A stretch of 54,612 bases of DNA, filler included, from Sphacelaria rigidula (Eukaryota): assembly GCA_964200075.2 (NCBI GenBank). It is 5 parts of 5 records of this genome, joined end to end, with 100 filler letters (N's around TTAATTAATTAA, not from the genome) between each part and the next. Parts side by side here need not be neighbours in the genome. Positions count along the whole stretch, not along the records: positions 1 to 10,843 come from CAXNAA020005815.1; positions 10,944 to 21,786 come from CAXNAA020005816.1; 3 more parts are not named here. One strand, given 5' to 3'. This document shows, one piece after another, positions 1 to 11,317 of this stretch. The translations under genes were made by a program, and so were the position numbers. Below the pieces are notes generated by a model, which saw only the letters and a program-made list of their open reading frames with translations, ran no database searches and had not been told where the DNA came from. The stretch's first letter is position 1; each line of letters begins with the position of its first letter.

Positions 1-79
1 AACCTTGCTTCGCCATCCCGGCGCACGCGAGATGTCGTAAGGGGCTGATGATCTATTGGCATCGATCGTTCTTTCGAAA

Positions 80-680
80 ACCTGCAGCACAGACAGTACC
101 CAGCCCAGAGATTACACCATACTGCTGTCTGTGCTGTCTCATGCAGTGATTTGTGGGTGTCAGCTTGCACACAACAGTAGTACGCATGGCTGTAGAAAAA
201 ATGATGCGTACAGCGTGAGATATGTGGACAACGTGCAATACAGACAATAGCAGGCAGTACTGTACTGTCTGTACTGCCGATTGAACAGCAGGATCCACAT
301 GCCATGCTGCACCCGACGGCTGCCGAAAATTATTTGGGCGACGTGCAGTGCAGACACTACGTGGGTTGTACTGTTGACTGCCGCATCCAACAGTACAACA
401 GTACAGTAGGATGAAAAGGTTAGTTTGCCAGTGGTACAACGGCTGTACTAATGATGATGTGGGTAATGTGCAGTACAGACAGAACTAAGCAGTATAATAC
501 TGCCTGTTCTGCCTGCCGCATACGGCAGTATACATGCGCACATGTCAGGTTGGAGACGGTAATATACAACGGCTGCACTAGAAATGATGTGGAGGAGTAC
601 AGTACAGACAGTACTAGAAAGTACAGTGCTTTAGTCTGTGCTGCTGCGTACGTGATATGGCAGTATAGATTGGAGATGGC
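80..680. repeat. Degenerate array (period about 120-150 bp) carrying GCAGTACAGACAGTAC motifs in both orientations
   Basis: Motif variants at about 84, 233, 343, 468 and 597 (+) and about 120 and 258 (-). Confidence 0.55.
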
Positions 681-1238
681 AGGTTGCACACAGGGCGAGC
701 TAGGCCAACAGCGATCGGGGGAGGTCTACGCTTCAGGTCTTTCTACATTGACACAGGGGGCTTGGCATGTCGAAGTCTTCAAGTCTTTGTACCTCGCCTT
801 GGCCTGCACATGCCTTCGGTTTCCGCTGACCGTTTTCTTTTGGTATCCCCCCACCCTTTTGGTACCCACCCCCCTCGAAAATATATCTGCAACCATAAGC
901 TATACTGTAGGGTCAACATCTCTCGTAGTATTTTCCCAGCGGTATTTTTTTCTCATAACATGTTGCGAAATACGAGGGGAAATAACCAACCGGATGAAAC
1001 GGCCTGAGGCCAACTCTTGTGGGAGCGTTAAAAACTTTCTTTTGCAACAATTTCAGAGAAGATTGGGTTTTTTTCGACAGCCAGTGAACGGGCACAAAAT
1101 ACACAACTACGGCAAAGAAAAAAAAAAGGCGTTCAAAATTAATGCAAAGTAAAATTCTAAACGCTCCCACCAGACTTGGCCTTTGGCCGGATATTATGAC
1201 AAACAGATTTTTGACCCACGGATTGTTTTCTCATGACG

Positions 1239-1541
1239 TTTGACTCCGCTTATGACCCCGAAGCCGAGAAAACCGCCAGCACACGTCTCGGACACTTTGC
1301 ATCACCCCGAAGAGCGGAGCCTGGTCTGCTTTTCAGATTCGCTTGGCTCCAGGGATCAAAATTGGCCGCGGAACAATAATATGCGCGAAAAAATATGTGC
1401 CTGCCGACTGCCGACTGCCGACCCCCGCCAGTTTGGCCAGTTATCTGAAAAGCACACTAGGCTCCTCTCAGTGGGGTGATGCAAAGTGTCCGAGACGTGT
1501 GTCGGCGATTTTCTCGGCTTGGGGGTCAAAAGTGGAGTCAA
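1239..1541. repeat. Inverted repeat, arms of about 105 bp, spacer of about 90 bp
   Basis: 1239-1347 is the near reverse complement of 1434-1541 (ACACGTCTCGGACACTTTGCATCACCCC / GGGGTGATGCAAAGTGTCCGAGACGTGT). The ORF track shows the same peptide on both strands. Confidence 0.85.
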
Positions 1542-4514
1542 TCGTCCCAAAGCGGACGGATCTTTGAACCACCGATTTTTGAATACTGGTGAAACAAATC
1601 CGCGGCCGAATTGGTTTCGGGAACGATGTCATGGCGATAAACAATAGGTTCCATACTGTACGCGGTACATTCCATGACCGTGTATCCTATTGTCCAGGGT
1701 ATAAACGATGTTATGGCAGCACACAGATTTTCATACCATACTGTTCTGATTTGTATACCTCCACCAGGGTTTCGAGTTCCATGTTTAGCGTGTTTCAACA
1801 GCTGCTCATGGTCCCGTAGATGTCTCGTGTGCTGTGGCGTGCTGTAGCCGGTTCTTTGGGCACGTAGGTAAGCGACCATGCCCCCCTCGTTTTTGCTAAG
1901 TTTGAATCCTTCATCGAAGTATCGCTGAACTACCCGCCAGACAGCGACAGTGCGCATCACATGTCTACTCTCTCAACGTCTTCGAAATGCTCAATGCTAT
2001 TTGCCAGGAGACCGACGGACAAGGCGTGTCGTCCTTGTCTCGTACGCGCAAAGCGGGCTCCATGGCGCATCGGCTGCGGCGTGAGGTTCACTTCGTGTGC
2101 TGGTTGTCGTCGACAGGATCACTCACAGAGGCGCAGCCAGCACGTCGGCACACATAGAAAAACGCGGCGTGACACCATTATGACGGTCTGCCGGCCAAAC
2201 CACAAAAATCCGTGTGCAAAAATCGGTGCTTGCCGACCCCCGCCAGTTTGCCCGAACTTCTGTGGGATTCGGGCACCGAATCTTTGCCACGGATTTCTTC
2301 ACCCAAAATTTCGATAAATCTGAATCCATAAATTGGGTGTCACACGAATTTTAGATCCGGGGCCGACTCTAATGGGAGCCGTTCAAAAGTGATGTTAAAA
2401 ACTGCCTTTTTGGCCCTTCTCCGTCGTTCAAGGCCTGAAAAGAGGACTTGGCGCATGTTGACGCCTAGGAATGGCTTGCTCTACTCATTGAGGCCGTTCC
2501 AGGGCAACTTTGCATTCTTGTTCAAGGCTCGAGAATCATGGATTTTTCAAAGGCGCAAACAAGACTTGGAAAAATCGAAATCACAACGCAATACTCCAAA
2601 ACGAATCCAAAACAAAAACAAGACACAATAAAATACACACTGACTCAACCCAGCAGCGACCTCGTCGCAGTGGGTGCGCAAGCTATCGGGCTAACCCGTG
2701 ACTTCATGTTCTTGGTTGTTGACCCGTCCCCTTTTTTCGGGGCTGGTCAACACTTCCCCCGTTCGGCGGCCCGATAAGCTGCGCTCCTCCAAAACTTTTC
2801 TCAGACCGTTTTAGTTAGCCACGTGTTTGTGCCTCTGAAACGAACCGTCAATTCCCGAGGACATCGCGGTCAACATACAGTGATGAGTGGTAACTCCCAC
2901 CTCGTCAACATCTTATGAAAATGCTAAATAGCAGACACGTATGATCATACTGTCGAGCTCCGGTTCCCGTGGCAGACAACCCTACTCGCCATGACCGTAG
3001 TGAGGGGGGTAGGTCATTGCAGATGGCCCTGCATCTTCTCCTCGTAAGAAGGCCTGCTCCTCCCAAGCTCCTCTCCATTTTTTGTTCATGACTCGAATTG
3101 CCCCGTGTAACGCTTCTTGGTACCACCACCTACGGACGCGGGAGCTCACGTTCGTACTAGCTCCTGCCATCATCTCGATGACCGTGTTGTTCTCCTGGTG
3201 AGAATTGAGGGGGACAGAAAATGGAGGCAAGGGAGGTACGGTGCCAAACGGGGCGGCGCAAGTGGCGATTGTATATTTTGATAAATCATATCTTCATTGA
3301 TGACTGACCACAATTCATCGTCTAGTCGTCTTTTCGGCAGCGATTCATTTCTGGAGGTCCACATCGAATATAGGTTTCCCCCGGGGACCGATGTCGTAAT
3401 ATTTCAAGCCCTGTTCTCCTGTCAGTTGAACTTGTTCCGCAGGCCATCTCGGAATTCTGTAGGCCAAGACATTTGTCAATACCTCGAGTGTGTTCTGCTA
3501 TTGGACGTCATCCAGATGTAATTTCGATGAGACCCACGATTCTTTTGAGGGAACCAACACGTCTGTCTTGCACCCCACATTGGTTCATCCACGATCTTGC
3601 TGAGGCGTTGTCGCCCCCGGTATCAATATTGGTTACCCCGGTTTCGTGGATTTTCCCTCAAGAAAGCATCTTGTCAACGCACGCCGTCATCATCATACCG
3701 CACGATTCTACGAGATTGACGTTTTGCTTTTCGGACTAGTTCCGACGTGAGAGCGGGGGGAAAGGTATCCCCAGAGTATCTTCAATTTTGGGCAGTATCG
3801 TCCAACAGCACTGAAGCTGGCGCCCGTAAAATGGCGTCGTGAGGCCGACCTATCTACCTGGGAAATCAGGGAGGCGCCCAGAGCTTCTCCTTGGTCAGGT
3901 AATTGATGATCGATTGCTCATCTTCACAAAGAGACATCACCATGGAATTTCCACCCAAGCTTCAGTTGTATCCTTCTTGTCCTGTTTTTCACGACTGGCT
4001 CGATGTAGACCGGATACTCGTAACAGCTGCCAAACAAAATAATTCACCGGCTCGGATAATTTTTTTGGCCACTCTCAGTATGTCAGCGACAGAAGCATGA
4101 AGCATGCGACCCGTCCTGGGACCATTCGCATTTCATCAACTCGCGTTTTCATTTCCTTCTTTTTTCAATCGTTTGGGTGGGTACAGAAGTACACATGCTG
4201 TGAGTGTTGATCGTGACCCCAAAGCCTTCGCAGGGGTATACCAATCGATACTTTAACTGGGTGCGATGTCGAACGAAATTCATGATGATGCGGACCTTGT
4301 TGGTGACAACTGCTCCTGGTGGACCTACTCGTAAGTGCCTAATTTCTGGGGCCGTTGATTGGTTGCCACCCATACATCAGTTCCTCATCGCGTCTTCCGT
4401 TGTTTTCAGACATGTGGGGTGTAACCGTCGATACTACTGTGGTTACCAGATTCGAGTGCTCATCTCAACTCCGGTGAAGTATCTGTCGTGTCTATCGGTA
4501 TACCGTGTTCGAGT

Positions 4515-5040
4515 ATGTTCGTCAGTTTCTCTATTCTTGCGAAAAGTTCTAATTCTCCAAATGGTGTTAGACTTCACGGAGGTTGATCGGCGGTGACACG
4601 AGAGTGCCGCCGAGCCTTCCCGCCACGTCTCCAAGGTTCTCATTGTACAGTCTCATGAATTATGTGCATGTCGTTGCCATTTTTAATGTTCGTGAGTTCG
4701 TCTGTTTCCGGGAAACGTTCTACTTCTCCAAAATGGTGTTGGATTTCACTGAGGTTTATCGGTGGTGACACCAGAGTGCCGCGGAACCTTCCCGCAGCGT
4801 CTCCAAGGTTTCTGTTGTACAGTCTCCTGACTTCTGTGCATGTCGTTACCATTTCTTGAATGTTCGAAAGTTCGTCTGTTTCCGGGAAACGTTCTACTTC
4901 TCCAAAAATGGCGGTGGACGTCACGAAGGTTCAACGGCGTTGACACCAGAGTGCCGACGAGCTTTCCCGCTACGTCTCCAAGGTTTCTGTTGTACATTCT
5001 CAATAATTATGTGCATGTTGCCATTTTTTCATGTGTTCGC
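4515..5040. repeat. Tandem repeat, 3 x 171-174 bp
   Basis: Anchor CTCCAAA at 4555, 4726 and 4900. GAGTGCCG and CGTCTCCAAGGTT recur in each unit. Confidence 0.9.
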
Positions 5041-5159
5041 AATCTGGTTTCAAAAATGTTTTCGTGTATGTATTGTGACCCTGCGCAAGACGTCGAAGAC
5101 GTCGACCCGCCGTTTACAACTATTCTACTCAGGTTTGTTCCGTCCAGCACTTTTGGGGG

Positions 5160-5745
5160 GGGTTGACAAGGAATGACTTCTTTTTTTCGGGTACCAGTAC
5201 ACAGTTCGGTTGACCCATTCTGAGTCTGCACTCGGCGTGCACCATAACTCGAGTTTGACCTGACTGTTGACGCCGGGTGACAAGGAAATGACCTCGTTTT
5301 TTCTTCCCTCTGGGTACTCGTACGCGCTCCGATTGACCCATTGTGCGTCTGCACTCGGCGTGCACTACTACTCGAGTTTGTCCCGACTGTTGACGCGGGG
5401 TGACAAGGAAATGATCTCATTTCTTCTTCTCTCCAGGTACTGCCACGCGATTCGATTGGCCCATTATGCGTCTGCACTCGGCTTGTACTAATACTCGGAA
5501 TCTGTCCTGACTACTGACGGGAGGTGAGAAGTAATTGTCCTCGTTTCTTCTCTCCGGGCAGTGGTACGCGCTTCGATTAACGAATTCTGGATCTGCACTC
5601 GGCTTGTACCAATACTCGGAATCTGTCCCTACTTTAGACGGGAGGTGACAACGAATTGTCCTCGTTTCTTCTTTATGGGTAGTGGTACGCGCTTCGATTG
5701 ACCCATTCTGGGTCTGCACTCGGCTTTTACCAACACTTGGGTTAG
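5160..5745. repeat. Tandem repeat, 5 x 121-123 bp
   Basis: Anchor TCTGCACTCGGC at 5225, 5348, 5471, 5592 and 5713. Confidence 0.9.
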
Positions 5746-8700
5746 TCTCAACAAGTACGCTCATTGGGAGATGGTGACGTGTTGATTTTCTCAGTCAGTA
5801 TATGGCACATCGTACACACGGCTTCTTTCTTTCTCTCTTTTTTTCGTTTATAGGCTGCTATTCTCCTGTTTCTCACGTCGGTTAGGGTTGGCTCATCACT
5901 ATGTTGTCGGAGTTGGGCAGGGTCGTACGGGGCAGCTAATTGGATCCTACCAGTTGATGTGTTGCTGCCGATTTTAGAGGCTCGACGCGGTGTTCCTCGT
6001 CAATGTCTCAAGCAATGTGTCCTACCTACTGGCATATCTGCCCTCCAGGTCGGATCCATGTTTTGGGGCGGTGAACCTGCGGGCACGACGTGGGGAGGGA
6101 CGGGTTGTATCGACCTGTAATTGTACTGCTATGCGTCCTGACATTGCTATGGAACTCGTGCGAGAGTCTATCCTGACCGATTGGCGAAGCCTATTATCCT
6201 CACCATGTACGACTGTCCCTTTAATACTTGCTGCGTCAGTACTTCCATCCTCACCTTGAGAGAAATGAGGAGTCACCGACCCCGGTAAAGTTGCTCTAGC
6301 AATGTACTTCTATCCCCGTCCTAAAGTTAGAGTCACGACACTACAGGATAGAACTGTGAGCACGAATCACATAGCTGGTTTCAGAAATGATCCATCCGTT
6401 CGATATACCCTGATGGTGACGATTTTGATAGTGTCTCGAGTATTGTGTATCTGCCGTGACCCTACAACAGTACAGCAGTTCTCACTATCCCCGTCGCAGA
6501 TCAAGCCGTCTTAGCAGGGTTTTAACGCACCACCTCATCGTATCAGCTACAGAACAGGGATGCTGAGCCTGGGCGCGAGGCGTCTTTTTCGTTGCGAAAG
6601 TATAAAACATCCTCTACATCATGACTTTTTTTCCCCCCAACTTCGACAGGACGGCACTGCGTGCCGAGTACTTTTTTTCGAAACACATTATCAGGACAGC
6701 AGCTCAGGAAACTCTGTCCGAGAGATTTTTTTTTGGGGGGGGGAGGGCTCGGTCTGGACACACCTTAATTATGGGGGTTCATAAAGGCCTTACCAACCAA
6801 AAATCCGTTCAACACAATCTATTAAATGGACGCGGGGGGAAATGGAAGACGTATTGGAGACAGGATGAACTGTTCGGACCTCTACCAAACCTCTGCCGAG
6901 CATAACACATGTTCCATCCCAAGTTATCTGGGTTTAGTAAGCGACAGCTGTATCATTTTTTATTTTTTGTCGTGCAGTCCTCGAAACACGGAGCAAACCG
7001 GCCTGTGGCACTATACAGACCCCCGTACACACCCTAGATCTATTCAGTGTGGCGGCGGAGTTGCTCAAATCGCCACGGCAGATCCGGGAAAACCCAAAAC
7101 GTTGCAGGTAACGCGTTTTCAGTACATCTCGTGTTTGTTCTCGTGTTGGGTGCAGCGGTTTGTCAAGTGTTGCGGCCTCCACCGCACGCGTCACGGAAAC
7201 CTGCTTTAATTTTTGTTTTCTTCTAGATCTTGGTGTGTGGGACGCGCATGCATCAAACCACGGTCCAGTCCTCTGCTTCGTTGCCGGGCAATTAGAGTTG
7301 AAAGATGGCACAATATACTGCAACGAGACGCACAACAACACGAGCAGCAACAATGTTCTAAAAATATTTTCAGGTCCCCAGGCGTTCCAATCGTTGCCCA
7401 ATACTTAGCAACGGCCGGCCAAAACTGAGTTCACATTTGGGCGGGGGAGGGGGAGGGCATCACTTCCGTGTTGCGTAGATCTCCTCGGGGCTGTCGGTAG
7501 CGGTGGGCATTGCTGTGTGGGTGTCAATTTTTGGGCGCTGAGTATTGTGTGCCCTCTCAAGGTTAGACCGTGGGTGCTTCGTACCGATCTCTCTGAATTC
7601 CAGATTTGCTCCCCTGTTTGGAGCGATTAACTTGCCATCACGATGTGGGTACAACGGGTTTGATATGCCCAACTGAGTCAACTACTCACGCGAACAGTGC
7701 TGAGGAGTTGGGGCAATGTGCTATCGATTGGGTGCACCTCTCTACTCCGTGTATACAGGCGTGCTGGGTTGGTACTTGCATTCTCACCAAGTAGTGCAGG
7801 ACACCCCAGCCAAGTCGAGTTGTTCCGGTCATGCCCACCGATCTGTCGCGCGGGTCAGTGAGCGAAGATGCGACACAACAAGCTCTTCTTCGACCGTGCT
7901 TGATACAAGAAGCTTTTCGATCGCCCCCCTCGCTGAGCAGCAGGGCCCGCACCTCCCAACAAGCATCAGCGCTGGTATCGCATGTTCCTCCTCCCGCCCC
8001 CCTCGCTCCCACCCTCACTGTTCCTCGACTGTATTCCTCACCGACCGCCGTTGCTAAATTTTTCTTTTTTTATTATTATTTTCAAAATTGGGTTTGTTGG
8101 GTCTTTGGTGTAGTCGGCGGATTCAACTCCCGTTGCCCTCGCACCTCCCGCGGTGATTGCTGCTACCCCTGCTGCACCGGGGTGGGTGACATTGCGTCAT
8201 GGAAACCTACATCTCGTGTACCGCGGGCAGCGCAGCCCAGCCTGTCGAGGGAAGTGGCTGTTGAGACGCCGATCCCTACTCTCTATCGGCGGTGCTGTCC
8301 TTGTCTGGGTGTTCGCGCAGCTTCTGCCATCTGGTGTTGTACCCAATTGATTCGAACACGTTCGAGAACCACCACTTGTACTGTACTTGACCATCTTGCA
8401 TCTATGCCTGTTTGTTGCCTTGCTCAATAATGGCGAGCGCGGAGTGCATTTTTGGCTTGGAGACTGATCACGATTGGGCCAGGATGGGCTGATGTGTATT
8501 TTGTTCTCTCACAGTGATCAGTGATCCTGCCATCCTGCTGTGTCGTCATCCGCTACTCCGTGACCTGGCCCTATAATTCGTCATCCGCCAACACAAACTT
8601 CAGATTTCTTCGAAATCCTACATTTCCCGCTGGCTGCACTTTCATTTTTGGCCATACCTTGGCCAAACACGGTCTCAACAGACATGACTGTTTTTTACAG

Positions 8701-9586
8701 TTCTTGGACAAAAATTCTTGTTTGACTAAACTGAAAACTGCGGCCACCGAAAAACGGGAAGATGTCCTGGGACCGCCTCAACTATAATGGTAGAGTAAGT
8801 CACTCCGAGGTGTCAAACTCCGCCTAGCTCCTTCTGGGGGCGTAAAATGACGTCAAAGCTCCAAAAGGGACTTTTCCAGATTTTTATTTTTGTCTAGTAT
8901 ATAACGAGCGGCTTAACAATTCTAGTCTTAAAAAATATTCGTGTACCCCTACCGTAGCATCACTCGCTGTTGTTGTCGTCGTTGACTTCACATTAAAATC
9001 CGTTCCGATTTCTGCGCGGTACATTCGTACTGAGCATGTGATGCGGACGCCTTCCGTGGTCACTCCTATTTGAAATCTCTGCGCCAATGATGCTCAATCC
9101 TCTTCAAAATCTGCTGTATTTTCTGAAAATCTGGGATGTATTTCGCTTGTCCTGCTGTTTTTTTCGCGGCCATTCTTCTGCGCAAAAACTCCGGAATTCT
9201 GCTTTTTATGCGGGGGCAGATGGAGTTAATGGCTACCTGTTCACCAGATACTCGGAAAAAATGGTTGACACGAATAATGAGATAACACAACAGTCGTGGG
9301 CATAATTGTTCAACCATATGATGATGAGATCACTTCGTTGTCGACCGTCTTTTCGGATCTTTTGATCGATAACAGTAGACGGCGACTTCTCCGCCGAACA
9401 GTAGACAATATCTGTCAATCAACAAGTAGTGGTGAAGTCATCTCGAAAAAAAAGTCGAGACAAGGCCTTACCATCCCCAACTTCACAATACTACAATAGC
9501 GGATTGCACGTGTGCGCGCACGATTGGAGACAGTGTAGACAACTACACCTGTCGCCGATATCAATCGGTGTACCAGCCCGCGCAGT

Positions 9587-9751
9587 ATGGAGCTGGAGGG
9601 GCTGCAAGAGCCGGATGGGGACAGAACAAGCACCGGGAACAAAAAGGACCATGATGGCGAGCACATACGCCACGACCAGAATTTCTCTGCCTTCATCGAC
9701 GCGGTTGGGTATGGTCCATTCCAAACGAGACTCGTGCTCCTGTGCGGCACG
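9587..9751 (+). CDS. First exon of an MFS transporter, SV2/SVOP-like; the rest lies beyond the contig end
   Basis: ATG at 9587. FSAFIDAVGYGPFQTRLVLLCGT matches the '(I/V)-x-x-(I/V)G(F/Y)GxFQxxL' segment preceding TM1 in SV2-like MFS proteins. The exon ends at an acg|GTATGT donor (9752). Confidence 0.7.
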
Positions 9752-9841
9752 GTATGTATGATGACTGCGTGAGGAAGCTATCGTACAACTACTGTGTGAT
9801 GCTCGTACTTGATTCGATACCACTGGCTTCATGAAGGTGTA

Positions 9842-10193
9842 CCGGTCGCCCCGGTGGCTCATTTGGTAACGTCGAAACCTTCTGACGGTTGGTTGCCGGG
9901 TTCGAATTTGCCAGTGATTTGGGATTTTTCCTCATGCCCAACAACAGTGGAGAGCGATTATGTCGTGGGTACAAAAACTTCGACTCTACGGTCGACGAGG
10001 AAAAGGGGTTGAAAAACTAAGACACGCACCGTAGAGGAAGGAGGAGTACTGAAAACAAGGGAGAAAGAAAAAAACTCTTGTGTTGTGTTGACCTTCCTCG
10101 TACCCATGTGACCTGATGCGCCCACATATATATACCGAAGGTAGAAGGGGTAGTACGGCGTCCAGAATAGATGGGACGACAACACACACACAC
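9842..10193 (+). mobile_element. tRNA-derived SINE with (CA)n tail, full length, in intron 1 of the MFS gene
   Basis: Head GCCCCGGTGGCTCATTTGGTA (A box) and GGGTTCGAATT (B box). Body contains GGTCGACGAGGAAAAGGGG. 3' end TCCAGAATAGATGGGACGACAACACAC. Homologous copies occur on other contigs. Confidence 0.8.
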
Positions 10194-10843
10194 CAGGACA
10201 AAATCTGCTTAAAAATTCGGGGACGAAGCCTGCATCTCAAGCCACACCTCCCACACACAGATGAGGGTAACCCGAAGTGAATTGAAAGTAGCGTGACTGA
10301 GGCCGAGTATTCAACCTCGCGGCACTGGCCCAAAATTGAAGACCTCTCCACAATCAGACGGCGAACTAAAACATGGGACATCCCCTGTTTCGCTACTACT
10401 ACTCTCATGTACACTCCAGTCATCTCTCATGTGTCGGAGCTTCCCGTGTCTGTTCCGTTGTGGTCTGTTATCGCATTGCGAACACGGTTTGGAATAGATG
10501 GGCTGCGATATTCTTGTGTTCGTCTCTGCAGAAAGCAATGTTAGTCGGCACGCAGTGCTGGTTATGCACACTCTTGAAAGTTTTATGGATTTGTTACTGT
10601 TTCGTCTTGGGTAAGATGAACAACGCGCTGTCCGTTGCCACGACATTCCTGCTGGTGCCGTGCGTTGGGCGCCTGTGCTTCACCGCCCTAAATATATTGT
10701 CTCTCCCTTCTCCAAAAAATAAATTACAAAACCAACCAACCGACCGACCATCCTATCCCCAAATAATAATTGACCCTTTTGGGACCGGGCCTCCACAACG
10801 ACCAATGAGGCTGGTCAGGAATGACGTGTCTGGCGTCCAAACG

Positions 10844-10943
10844 NNNNNNNNNNNNNNNNNNNNNNNNNNNNNNNNNNNNNNNNNNNNTTAATTAATTAAN
10901 NNNNNNNNNNNNNNNNNNNNNNNNNNNNNNNNNNNNNNNNNNN
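10844..10943. other. Artificial contig spacer N44-TTAATTAATTAA-N44
   Basis: Six-frame stop linker, identical to three others. Confidence 0.98.
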
Positions 10944-11009
10944 ATATACCGAAAGGTGTAGACTGGTGCCCAGAATAAATAGGACGACAACACACACACA
11001 CAACACACA
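10944..11009 (+). mobile_element. SINE 3' end fragment, same family
   Basis: ATATACCGAAAGGTGTAGACTGG..CCAGAATAAATAGGACGACAACACAC at the contig start. Confidence 0.75.
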
Positions 11010-11317
11010 TTTCCTCTGAGCTTCTCCTGTGCAACGTAATTCAAAAGGTGGTATGGGCTGCACGTATATTCAAGTGTTTCTCAAATGTTTATGTTTATCG
11101 CTACCCGAAAAAATAGGGCCGAAAATATGATTGAAAAGCAAGCAACGCACGCCTGGTCATCTATATCCTGAAATGCACAGAGGTCTCCATTTCAGCAGCT
11201 TTCGCCCCTTCCCCATGTGCGCGAACGCTTTATCGACCAACAGCCTTCAGACTTTCGAGGCTCTCAATCCGCATATTGACCGCGTGGACATACAGCTTTA
11301 CAGGACGGTGAGTTGCG

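Noticed and set aside
1538-1960. 140-aa minus-strand ORF as a transposase fragment
   Set aside because: No recognisable motif, and the start is non-ATG.
9842-9915. tRNA gene (also 13710-13781, 24454-24525, 26691-26770)
   Set aside because: A and B boxes are present, but there is no clean acceptor stem and each runs into the same SINE body.
10888-10899. TTAATTAATTAA as a biological motif
   Set aside because: It is a standard six-frame stop linker embedded in Ns.
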